Positions 1-10,887 of a DNA stretch of 64,000 nucleotides are shown one piece after another. A model generated the notes under the pieces. The model was not told the DNA's origin. It saw only the letters and a program-made list of their open reading frames with translations, and did not search any database. The DNA comes from Selaginella moellendorffii. Lineage: Eukaryota; Plantae; Lycopodiophyta. The translations under genes were made by a program, and so were the position numbers. The stretch lies in contig NW_003314287.1 in assembly GCF_000143415.4 (NCBI RefSeq), positions 1,385,514 through 1,449,513 on the forward strand, written 5' to 3'. Each line of letters starts with the position of its first letter. The first letter of the stretch is position 1.

Positions 1-185
1 CCTCTTGTTCTTTGCTAGCTTCACTTTGCTATGGTTTTTATATCTATCCAATATGAAAGAGCAGGAAGATTAGAAACCAGGGAGAGAAAATTGTCTCCTC
101 TAGATCGTACATTTGTTTGATCTTTGCGTAAAGATGATCTTTTGTTTCATCGTTCTCGATGTTATTTCGCACACCAACTTCTGGT

Positions 186-1190
186 CTAGTTGTTATCATC
201 GCCAGGATTTGTCGCGTGCTGCTGGAAGAATCGCGCATCCACGATGAGCCTCGCGATCTCCCACTGCGTCTCGTTGCGCTTCTGCTGCAGCTCCTTGAGA
301 ACCTCGAGTCGCTTCTCTTCCAGCATCTGCCGCCGCTGCTCCATCCTCTCCAGCGCGTCGATCATCATCTGCGCCACTTCTCTCATCTGGTGCTGCTGAT
401 GATGATGCTGCGGCTCCACTGGCGAGGAAGACGAGCCTGGAGCCACCACACGCTTGCGTTTCTTCTTGCTTGCTTCTTTGCCGTGGTGATGATCTTGATG
501 AGACCACTGCTGTTGTTGCTGATCCTGCCCCGGAATTCCAAAACGTGGTGGTGGTGGTGGCGGCGGCGGCGGCAGCGTCGGTGGCGAGCAGAACGACGAC
601 CGCATCATCAGCTCCTCCTGGATCCCGTTGAGACCGACCAGAGCATCCTCCGAGCCTCCAATCCCGTCGTCAAACTCCGGGTGGTGATCCACGAACTGAT
701 CCGGCGGCGCTGGGACTTTGTCCGCGAGAGGAGCCGCCGCCGTCACCACTTTCGTATCAGCGCCGCCACCGCCAGCGGCTGTCTTCACCGTGATCCTCTC
801 GATGCGGTTGTACCACTTCCACTTGACAGGGGTGCCGAGCCGGCGCTTCTCACGGACCGTCTTGAAAGTTTTCTTGAGCGAGTCTATCTTGTTCTTGCAG
901 CGGTTGTAGTTGTAGACGGGCTTCCCAGCTGCACACTGAGCGTTGAGGCCGTCCACCACCTCCTGCCACTCCTTGGCCCGCAGCGTCCCCCTCTGGAGTG
1001 CCAAGTACCTCTCCGTGTAGAGATCCAGCAACACCAACGTTGCTCGGTCGTCCCACTCCTTCCACGCCTCCACCTGCGTTGCCGCTGCTCCTGTTGCTGT
1101 TACCGCCACCCCCGCGGTTGCCGCATGCGACCCACCGCAGAATGCACCGTTGCCGTCCCGCAGCACCCCGCCGCCGCCTGCGTCCGCCAT
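186..1190 (-). CDS. Trihelix (Myb/SANT-like) transcription factor, intronless, ~334 aa
   Basis: ATG at 1190 (MADAGGG). Trihelix signature WDDRATLVLLDLY...LRAKEWQEVV...YNRCKNKIDSLKKTFK...WKWYNRIERI and C-terminal coiled coil (ERMEQRRQMLEEKRLE). This is the 3' part of ORF 186..2030. Confidence 0.85.
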   Translation of the reverse strand: MADAGGGGVLRDGNGAFCGGSHAATAGVAVTATGAAATQVEAWKEWDDRATLVLLDLYTERYLALQRGTLRAKEWQEVVDGLNAQCAAGKPVYNYNRCKNKIDSLKKTFKTVREKRRLGTPVKWKWYNRIERITVKTAAGGGGADTKVVTAAAPLADKVPAPPDQFVDHHPEFDDGIGGSEDALVGLNGIQEELMMRSSFCSPPTLPPPPPPPPPRFGIPGQDQQQQQWSHQDHHHGKEASKKKRKRVVAPGSSSSPVEPQHHHQQHQMREVAQMMIDALERMEQRRQMLEEKRLEVLKELQQKRNETQWEIARLIVDARFFQQHATNPGDDNN

Positions 1191-1411
1191 AGCCACAAAC
1201 GCCCACCCGCTTCCGTACACCGCACCCCCTCTCGTACACCTCCTCCTCTTGTAATATTCCGCATTGTCACCTATAGCCTGTGATATATCACTGTCCTGAA
1301 ACAGTCCAGTCCAGTTGAGCTCCTGTTTGATGTTCGTGAGAAGAGAAAGTGTTCGATGGTCATGAAAAATGAAAAGAAAGAAAACGTTACCGTGGATAAG
1401 AACGAGGTACG

Positions 1412-2623
1412 TCAATGAACCGAGCGTCTGCGAACTATGTCGCCTACAACAGCTTGTTGCAAGCTCTGGCCAGTGGCCGATGTTGCTGTCAGGATTTCCA
1501 AAGGTTCTCGCATTGTAAAAACAACTTCTTTCGTTTTCCCGAAGTACACCTGGAAAAATCGCTAGTTGGGAGGATGCATCGGTGAGAAATATCTGTGATA
1601 CCTGGTCCAAGCCGTTTCTCAGTTTGCTTTCCATATCCTCGATCATTCTACCCATGTTTCCAAGGTGGCCTTCTGTCGAGGGAAAATCAGCCTCCATCTG
1701 TGCACATTCAATTTCAATTTCAATCATCATCTCTCTGGCAAGTGAGTCTTTGCAAACCTGTCGAACGATAGAGCCAGATAGACCAAAAGACATAGATGGA
1801 TCGTCTTTCGTTGTGAAAGAAAGCATCACTGTGCTTGTAAGACAGTAGTGGGCTTCTCCTTCCTCTTCAGACACCTCCAAAAAGGTAAAAAAAAAAAAAA
1901 AAAACAGAGCTGTTAAGGCAACGAAAAGATGGAGAACAACTACCTCAATAATGTGAATAGCATCCCACAGCCCGTGATCTAAGAGTCCTCGACGTCCTTC
2001 TCCCTTTCGCGAGCCATCTGAGACAAACAAGTATTAAAAGGAAGTGACAATAAACAAGATTATCGACCTTTCTTCACAAGAAAACAAGCCGCAAAGCCAC
2101 CATTTTCCTCGGTTTCCCACATATACACTGATGAAGTGCCACCTTCATAGTACCTACGAGAAAGAATTTGGAAGACCACTTTTCCAGAAAGAAAACACGA
2201 TCAACTCACTGGTCACGATAGATCGCAAAAACTTCGTTTGCTTCCACTTCCAGCTCACGGAGCTTCTCCGAGGGCATTGCTCCATCTTCGAGAGGAGGAT
2301 CGTATTTGTTAGACCAAGGAGACCTGTAAAACACCATCTAGAACATAAAAAGCCCGAGAAGTATAGCACCTGTAAGAATCCCCGTCTCGATTATAGTCGC
2401 ACAAGAGATACTGTCGCCCAGATTCATCATCCCACGCTTCCTAGACGACGATCACAGAAGATAGAGTCGCAAAGATTTCGCCTTTGGAGCAAACCTGGAG
2501 TGGCTGATCGACTTTGGAGAGAAGATCGGCGGAATGGTCCGGCAGGAGGACGAGCAGCGACGCCAGCGCCATTTCCACCTCCGCCGGCGGCATTCGTCGT
2601 ATAAGATCCATCGCCGCGTCCAT
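1412..2623 (-). CDS. CPB: F-actin capping protein beta subunit, multi-exon
   Basis: Exons [13 protein letters not shown]...[23 protein letters not shown]...[42 protein letters not shown]...; stop TGA at 1414-1412. Confidence 0.92.
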
Positions 2624-2737
2624 ACCTCCCTCCCTCGCGCTCTTCAATAAACCCTAAGCGCTTTTTCCAACAGTTCAAATTAGTACCGCCATTTTCACTC
2701 CACAATGTAGGGTTCTTATCTTTTATTTGCATTTGCG

Positions 2738-5700
2738 ATGCTTGCGCTCCTCTTCTTCTTCTCGATCGCGTGGGCGCCAGCCGAATCCAGGGGTGGAGCT
2801 GGAGCGGCTTGCACAGACTCCAGGTCCTCTTCGTTTCCCTTCTGTGATGTATCGCTTCCCGTGCCGGATCGAGTGGCGGATCTGGTCGGGCGCATGAATC
2901 TCTCCGAGAAGATTGCGCAAATTGTGAGCAATGCGTCGGGGATTCCTCGGCTGGGAATTCCAGGCTACCAGTGGTGGGAAGAAGCTCTCCATGGCGTTGC
3001 GGAGAGCCCAGGAGTCAAATTCGCCGCCCCTGTTCCTTCGGCGACGAGCTTCCCTCAGGTTATTCTCACTGTGGCCTCGTTTAATTCCTCGTTATGGAAC
3101 AAAATCGCCCAGGTACGATAAAAGGATTCTGGCTTGAATGTTGGTTGTTTTCCATGGAGTTTTTCTTGCTCGCGATTGAGTGATTGATTGATTCTGTTTC
3201 TTCTTTCTCGCGTGTAGATTTTTACTTTCTTGCTCGCGATTGATTGATTGATTTTGTTTCTTCTTCCTCGCGTGGAGATGTTTACGTTCTTGCTCGGGAT
3301 TGATTCATTGGTTTTGTTTCTTCTTTCTCGCTTAGAGATGTCTAGTTTCTTGCTCGCGATTGATTCATTGATTTTGTTTCTTCTTCCTCGCGTGGAGATT
3401 TTTACGGTCTTGCTCGCGATTGATTCATTGGTTTTGTTTCTTCTTTCTCGCGTGGAGATTCTTACTCGATTAAGTATTCATGCAGCTCTTTGTTTTCTAG
3501 TGACATGGTTGATGATTCGAATGCCGTTACTCGTTTCTATCTCGAGGTTTGCTTGTGAGCGTTTTGTTTGTTCGGTTTGTTTTGCATGTAAGCTTGACGT
3601 TTAGTTTCTTGGCAGGCTATATCGATCGAGGCCATCGCAATGTACAATGCCGGAAGGTCAGGTCTCACGTTTTGGAGTCCAAATATAAACATCTTCCGGG
3701 ATCCAAGATGGGGAAGAGGCCAGGAGACCCCTGGAGAAGATCCGTTACTCTCGAGCAAGTACGCTGCTTACTTTGTGCGGGGCTTGCAAGAGGGTGACTA
3801 CGATGAAGGCACAGCGATAAGTACCATGCAAAGAAGGCCTACGAGGCTGAAGGTTTCATCATGCTGCAAGCATTTCACGGCATACGACATGGAAAAATCT
3901 GAAGGTACAGATTGTTTTCACTTTAATGCACAGGTAAAATGAACTGCTTGAAGTTAATTCTTTCCACCTTTGTTCCGAGTTAATGCGTTTTAAAACAGGT
4001 AACTGTTCAGGATTTGCAAGATACGTTTGATCCACCTTTCAGAAGCTGCATCGTTGATGGCCAAGCTAGCGGACTCATGTGCTCTTACAACAGAGTGAAC
4101 GGAGTTCCAAGCTGTGCGGACTATACATTTCTTACAGAAACAGTCAGGAATTCCTGGGGATTTGAAGGGTATGTGATCATGTAACTGACTAATGTATTTT
4201 TCATGTCTTTTTTCTTCCGTCAGATACATTGTTTCAGACTGTGATGCAGTTGCACTTCTTTATGAATATATAAACTACACAACCACAGCAGAAGATGCTG
4301 TCGCCGATGTGCTATCAGCGGGTAACGAATAAAAGTCTTAAACTCTTTGTCGGCATACCTTCGTCCTACATTGTTCCAGGAATGGATTTGAATTGCGGAA
4401 CGTTTCTTCTCAGACACACTGCTGCTGCCATTGAACAAGGAAAGGTGACAGAAGCGGCAGTAGATCGAGCTCTGTCGAATGTTATGACAGTGCGCATGAG
4501 GCTTGGTCTCTTTGACGGAAATAGTGGTGAAACGTATAACTCGATTGGACCTGACGCTGTTTGCACCCGAGAACATCGGCAGTTATCTCTCGAAGCTGCT
4601 GAGCAAGGAATCGTGCTACTAAAAAATTCAGGAAACGTGCTACCATTTCCGAGAAATGATTTGATGACTATAGCCGTGATAGGTCCAAGCGGAAACGCAA
4701 CTGAGACGATGCTGGGGAATTATGCTGGTACGCGACTTAAACTTTACATATTGCTTTTCTACAAGCTTTGTCATTTCAGGTGTTCCGTGTCAGTACATCA
4801 CACCTTTCCAAGGACTTCAGGAATACACCAAGGGCGTCGTTTTTGAGCCTGGCTGTAAAGACATTATGTGCAACGACACTACGCTCTTCTTGGCCGCTGT
4901 GAGAGCCGCAGAAAACTCTGATGCTGTCGTTATCGTCGTTGGACTAGACAAGGACCAAGAAAGAGAAGGCCTTGATAGAACGAGCTTGCTCCTCCCGGGA
5001 TATCAACAGGATTTGGTGCTAGAAGTTTCCAAGGTTGCAAAGGGACCTGTTATTCTCGTGGTTATGTCTGGCGGGCCTATAGACGTAACCTTCGCAAAAG
5101 GGAATTGCAAGATATCAAGCGTCTTATGGGTGGGATATCCCGGTGAGGCGGGAGGCAAAGCGATAGCACGAGTGATATTTGGAGATCACAATCCAGGTAC
5201 GGCTCCTTATATTCTTAAGCGAGTTTCCATGGAACTCTTTTTTGAATTATAATTTTTTTTTGTAGCTGGAAGGCTTCCTATGACTTGGTATCCTCAGGCT
5301 TTCGCAGAACATGTTTCAATACTCAACATGCATTTGCGTCCAAACACTTCAACAGGATTTCCCGGCAGAACTTATCGCTTCTACACCGGAGAAAACGTCT
5401 ATGAATTTGGCCACGGCTTGAGCTACACCAACTTCACCTACACAAACTTTTCCGCGCCGAGTAACATCACCGCTCGTAACACTGTGGCAATTCGAACACC
5501 TCTTCGTGAAGACGGAGCCCGACACTTTCCTATAGACTACACTGGGTGCGAGGCTCTGGCTTTTAAAGTGGTAGCCTACATCAGCAACACAGGGACACGA
5601 GATAGCGACCATATCTCGCTCCTGTACGCCATCCCGCCAGCTGCGAGTAGCAGCCTATCGCCTCCCAGGAAGCAGCTAATTTCTTTCAAGAGGCAGCATT

Positions 5701-5858
5701 TAATAGCAGGACGGTGTGCGAAAGTGGAGTTTGATGTCGATACCTGCAAGGACCTCGGCCTGACGAACGAGGCGGGGACGAAAGTTCTTGTCCACGGTGA
5801 TTACAAGTTAAGCCTGGGAGATATTGAGCACGTAATCAGCCTGACTCTCCTCAGCTAA
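2738..5858 (+). CDS. GH3 beta-D-xylosidase/alpha-arabinofuranosidase (BXL family), multi-exon
   Basis: Signal peptide; [51 protein letters not shown] nucleophile motif; C-terminal Fn3-like region. Confidence 0.95.
3164..3472. repeat. 60-bp tandem minisatellite (~5 copies) in BXL intron 1
   Basis: Unit CTTGCTCGCGATTGATTCATTGxTTTTGTTTCTTCTTxCTCGCGTGGAGAT... repeats in register on consecutive 60-nt lines. Confidence 0.95.
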
Positions 5859-6080
5859 GGTAAGTTTCTATTTTAGCTATAACCAATCGAAGCTTCGGCT
5901 GATAAGCAGGTGGCATTTATGATAATGATCCAGAGAGTGCTCTGTCACAGTTTCGGTGCCTTAAATTTCTCAGGAACCCCGTGAGATAAGGCTCTTTTTA
6001 TCACACTTCCATAAACATTCTTTCAGGTAGCGAACGAGCTCAGTGTTCTTGGATCCTTCGGTCTCGATTAAGAAAGGAAA

Positions 6081-7532
6081 ATGCCGATCGAGAGGAGCAG
6101 CAGCGACAGCAAAGCTCATGTAGTTCTCTTCACTTTCCAAGGGAAGGGACATATCAATCCCTTCATGAATCTGGCGAAGCAGCTCGCCAAGCTTGGGGTC
6201 TCGGTGACACTGCTCTTCCCTTCGAAGTCGGTTCTCGCTATGGTCACTTCATCGGCTATTGAAGGCCTGGACATAAAGTTGGCAACTCTTCCCACTCCGG
6301 GCCTCCAGCTACCAGCGACGATCACCATGCCGGGCATTCGCAAGTCTCAGACCAACAGCGTTCACTTTGGCACTTTCGAGGGCCCTCTCCGGGATTTCCT
6401 TCGGGAAATGCTAGAAGATCCTTCTACAGTTTCACCATCGGCAGTAGTAGTCGATCTTCTCCTTCCTTGGACGACATCAGTGATAGACGAGCTCCGGATT
6501 CCCAGATATGTCCTCTACACAGCCGCGGCATCACACTTGGCTATCGGTTTGCACCTCAACGCGAACAAGGAAGGTAAAAGCTTGGAGACACTGGCTATGG
6601 AGGCCGAGAAGGAAGGTGTCATCAGAGTCCCCGGACTTCCACCGCTAAAGTGGAACGAGGTTTCCAAAGAGCACAAGGATAAGAGTGACACCTTCTTCGC
6701 CGGGGGAGAAAGCTACAGGCGGTTTCTACTGGGCTGCAAAGGGATTCTTCTCAACACTTGCTACGAGCTCGAAGGAAAGGTGATCGACGCAGTGCGAGCC
6801 GTGTATCCGGAGATCAAGCTGTTTCCGGTTGGGCCTCTCATTCCAGAACATCTGCTCGATCAGTCTCAGATCAAAGCAAACGCTGATAAGTTCCGCAAGT
6901 CGACGTTCCTCCAGAGTTCCCGCGATCTTCAGTGCGAGGCGTGGCTCAACAAGCAGGAAAAATCGTCAGTGCTCTACATCAGCTTCGGGAGCTGGATCGG
7001 GATCGTGGAGAAGCAGATGTCCGAGCTAGCTTTGGCTCTCGAGTCGAGCAAAAAGGCCTTTTTATGGGTGCTCCCAGTCCCCGACCCCGGGGCCGATACC
7101 GAGAAGTTCCTGGCGTGTGTTCTTCCGAAGGGATTCCAGGAGAGGACCAGCGAGCGTGGGCTGATCATTCCGGAATGGGCGCCGCAGCATCTCATCCTCT
7201 CGCATCCAGCTGTGGGAGGATTCCTGACACACTGCGGCTGGAATTCGGTGACCGAGAGCATATCAGTAGCGGGGGTACCGCTCTTGTGCTGGCCATTCGT
7301 CGCGGATCAGCCAGCGATTTGCCGGTTCGTGGTGGACGGCCTCCGGATCGGCGTGGACATCCGCGAGAACAGGGAGGGGATCGCCGAGAGCGGGGAAATC
7401 GAGCGCGCTGTGCGCCAGGTGATGGAGAGCGATGATCTTCGCGAGAGAGCTCGATCGCTCAAGAACAAGGTGAGAGAGAGCTTGGATCACAGGGCCTTCC
7501 AGGTGTTTGTGGAAAGTTTGAAGAAAGAGTAG
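6081..7532 (+). CDS. Family 1 UDP-glycosyltransferase, intronless, 483 aa
   Basis: N-terminal GHINPF catalytic His; PSPG box WAPQHLILSHPAVGGFLTHCGWNS...ADQ. Confidence 0.95.
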   Translation: MPIERSSSDSKAHVVLFTFQGKGHINPFMNLAKQLAKLGVSVTLLFPSKSVLAMVTSSAIEGLDIKLATLPTPGLQLPATITMPGIRKSQTNSVHFGTFEGPLRDFLREMLEDPSTVSPSAVVVDLLLPWTTSVIDELRIPRYVLYTAAASHLAIGLHLNANKEGKSLETLAMEAEKEGVIRVPGLPPLKWNEVSKEHKDKSDTFFAGGESYRRFLLGCKGILLNTCYELEGKVIDAVRAVYPEIKLFPVGPLIPEHLLDQSQIKANADKFRKSTFLQSSRDLQCEAWLNKQEKSSVLYISFGSWIGIVEKQMSELALALESSKKAFLWVLPVPDPGADTEKFLACVLPKGFQERTSERGLIIPEWAPQHLILSHPAVGGFLTHCGWNSVTESISVAGVPLLCWPFVADQPAICRFVVDGLRIGVDIRENREGIAESGEIERAVRQVMESDDLRERARSLKNKVRESLDHRAFQVFVESLKKE

Positions 7533-8019
7533 CAAGCATTTAAAATTTAAAGTTTGAATTTAAACTAGAGGTCTCTTACCCTAAATATTCGCGCCAGTTT
7601 TGGCGAGATTCGAACCCCAAATCCAAAATTTCCACGCGGACGGCGCGCTCCACCTTACACTTCCGTACCCGTCAACGCAATCTCATGCTTTTGGCTATGG
7701 ACGCGCCTCACAGTGTGTGTTTTTAGGGCTCGGCCAGCGCCTAGGGTTTGTGCTCGATCGGGGAAGGGGACGATGCGTACAGCGACAGCAGCGGGGGTGT
7801 CACGAGTAGCGGCGCTCGGATTATCGGCAATCGGCGGCGCCGCGGGGGCAGCGAGGAGCTCGACGAGGAGATTTGGCGGCGATTGGCTCTGGTGGTGGCG
7901 CCCGGAATGGTGGTCTGGGGGTTCTCCGCGATCGTTGTAGGGGTTCGTTAGGGTCCAAGCAAGCCAGCAACCGCTCCGCTCCCACACCTTCCAATTGATG
8001 CTGTGATTTCCACTCCGCC

Positions 8020-10340
8020 ATGCATGGCTCTGGATCGCCCCTCGGCAGCGGTCCTGGGCGATTCGTGGAGTGGGAGGAGACGTTTGTTTCCAATGACCGT
8101 GGGAGCAGGGTCGTGCACTACTATCTAAAGGATCGCCAGGGGCAGGCGACCCTGGCGGTGGTGGGCACCGAGCGCAGCGTCCGGCATATGGTGTATGTGG
8201 TGTGCGACGATTTTCTCCCGCTTGCTGGGCTGGACAAGAGCACCACCGCGGCTTTCAAGTGGCGTGCTCGTCGCGAAGTTGTGGACTGGCTCTCCTCTTT
8301 GCTATCGAAGTCTCGTACGTCCTCTCCTTGTCGCTCGAATTCTCACGTCTCAGGTAGCGCTTTCGTCTTTTGCTTCCTTTGTTGGTTGTTCTCTAACACG
8401 ATTGCATTGTCCAGTTGAGACTGCTGCCACGGAAGACAGTCCAGATGGTGGGAAGCGTCTTCATGTAAGTTACACTGCTTTGATTGCTGGGCTTTGCTCA
8501 TATAGTTGTTTTACAGGACTCGAAGAAGTCCGTGACGAACGTTTTCTGGGTGGGATCGAGCTGGACTTGTCGCAAGCGCTTGAAGCATTACAAGTCCTTT
8601 CGAAGGAACGGAATTACAATAGCAGTGGGTGTTATTCTGATATACTTTCTGCGTTTCTTTTTGACAAGGGTGCTTGCTTGTACGTAGGTGAAAAGCTTTG
8701 TTTTTGTGATGTCCGAGGAGAACGAGCACCATATTGCGTACATAGAGGACATGTACGAGGATAAAAAGCTGAGGAAGAAGCTCCGTGTTCGATGGTTTCA
8801 TAAGACCAGCGAGCTGGCTTGCAAAATCCCAGCCCCGCCACCTCATCCGCGAGAGGTGTTTTTTACTCAGTTTCCGCAAGTAATTAGTGTTGAATGTGTA
8901 GATGGCCTTGCTACAGTTCTGGCACCCGAGCACTTCGAGAAATGCCCGCTGTTTCTTCCCGATTCCCGGGAGCTCATTCACGTTTGTTCGAGGCAGTTTG
9001 ACAACGACGGGATTAAACCGTTAAACATCTGCGGTGTGGAAGGCTACTGGGAACAAAAGGCTCTCGCAGCGCTTGGTGTTTCGTCCTCTCGGGGATCGCC
9101 GGACTTGGCTAGTGATGACGACGAAGACGAAGAGAATCGTGGTGGCCGGGGGCCGCGGTTGACAAGGTACCGTAGGAGAAGAGTTGATAAAGGGCACAGT
9201 AATAGTTCGACTCCGACGACTGATGGAGAAGGGAATGGGTTGTCAGACGTGGATCCGACGAGAGCGAGCTTCGAAGTTGGCGACAAGGTTGAGATACTCT
9301 GCCAGGACAGTGGTTTGAGGGGGTGCTGGTTCATAGGTGTGATCGTCGGTAAGACGTCCAGGCGCGTGAGAGTTCGCTACGATGATCTCCAAGACGACGA
9401 TGGCAAGGAAAATCTCGAGGTAATCCAGTTTGGTTTTTGAGCAGTAGTTTTACGCTGTTGGTTTTGTTGCTTGTTTCAGGAATGGGTGTCGACGTCTAAA
9501 GTAGCACAGTTGGACAAGCTGAACATCCGGGCTCACAGCAGGCCTGCTCTCAGGCCTTGTCCCGCGACTGGCCCGGAAGCTGTGGCTTGCTCGTTTGGCA
9601 CCCCAGTTGATGTCTGGTGGAATGACGGATGGTGGGAAGGAGTCGTGATCGGCCGGGTAACAGCAAATGAAGTTCGTGTCTACTTTCCTGGTGAGAGTTT
9701 TCTTTGTTTCCATTTCGTTTAGCTGCGGGCTGACTTCGTATCGTTTTCGTTTCTAGACGAAGGTGACGCAGAGGTTTTCAAGACATCCGATCTTCGTGTC
9801 TCGAGGGACTGGGTAAACAGCCAGTGGTGCAACGTGAAGGCCGATCCGGAGGCCGTGTCGGCCCTGGGAATCGTGTGCGGCAGCAGGGGCCCGCTGACGG
9901 TGTCGCAGAGTTGTAGATATCAGAATAGATATGAGGAAGGAAACATAGACCGGATGATAAGCATAGTGGAAGCAGCCGAGGAGCTACGGGAAGAGGAAGA
10001 TAATGCTGACAAGTTTTTGACCAGGTGCTCGTCCGACGATTCCAGCCGCAAGAGAAAGGCCGGAGGAGGCAGCGGAGAAGAGGAAGAAGCCTGCGGTGGC
10101 GATGGTGGCGGTGGCAGCGGCGGTCTCAAGTGCAAGCACTCGAAGGAAGCTAGCGTGGAGGAGAGTGACTGCGAGCTAGACATGGAGCAGGAAGGATGGA
10201 ACAACGTAAACAAGAAGCCGAGGATCGCTAGCAGCGCCGCCGCTACCAACGCTTCCATTCGCAGCCCCTCGCTCAAGAGTTCTTCCGCGATGTTTGGAAG
10301 TCCACTGCCGCCAGTGGCGAGCCTGGTATTGTCGAGGTGA
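8020..10340 (+). CDS. BAH + Agenet/Tudor domain chromatin protein, multi-exon
   Basis: FVEWEETFVSNDRGSRVVHYYLK N-terminus; BAH region IAYIEDMYED...VRWFH; Agenet domains VEILCQDSGLRGCWF and VDVWWNDGWWEGVV. Confidence 0.9.
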
Positions 10341-10887
10341 GTGAGTGTAGTAGTAGTGTGGAGCGATCGATTTTTAGTAGCAAGATCAAGCAGGGAAGAA
10401 GAAATGGCCGGCTTTTTTGTGGCAAAGGCTGGGAAGAGCTTCGTTTTCAATGAAGCGTTTTTTTCCTTCATAGATTCTACTCGTTCGTGATTATAGTTTC
10501 TGGGAATCATTGCCGTCGGTTGACTGTGCACTGGATGTGGACACGTGACATTAATTAAAACTTCTAAAACATTAGGATGGTCGCGAATTTTCTTCCGGAG
10601 AGAGATATTCCAGAGCGCTCACGAGAATCATGCTGGAGCAGCGTCTCGATCGATCGGAGCTCCATGGAGTGAATGCGTCCATCCCGCTCGATCAGGTATG
10701 GAGGAGCTAGGCAGGATCCAGTGGAAGCAGCCGTGGCGGCGGCGGTGGCGGCGAGATCTCGCCTCTCTCGTATCTGGGTTGTGCCACGGCGGCGCTAGAG
10801 CTCACGGGGGATTGATGGAGGAGGAGGAGGCCAATCGAATCCGGCAGGAAGGAGACGAGGCGATGGTAATTTAATCCATGGCTGAGA

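Noticed and set aside
159-1283. 374-aa plus-strand ORF
   Set aside because: Antisense shadow of the GC3-rich trihelix CDS; no domain features.
3248-3604. 118-aa hydrophobic repeat ORF; spaced repeats superficially CRISPR-like
   Set aside because: Translation of an intronic 60-bp minisatellite; no unique spacers or cas genes, and the context is eukaryotic.
10545-10874. 109-aa ORF or uORFs upstream of the lipase gene
   Set aside because: No recognisable motif; conservation cannot be assessed from the sequence alone.
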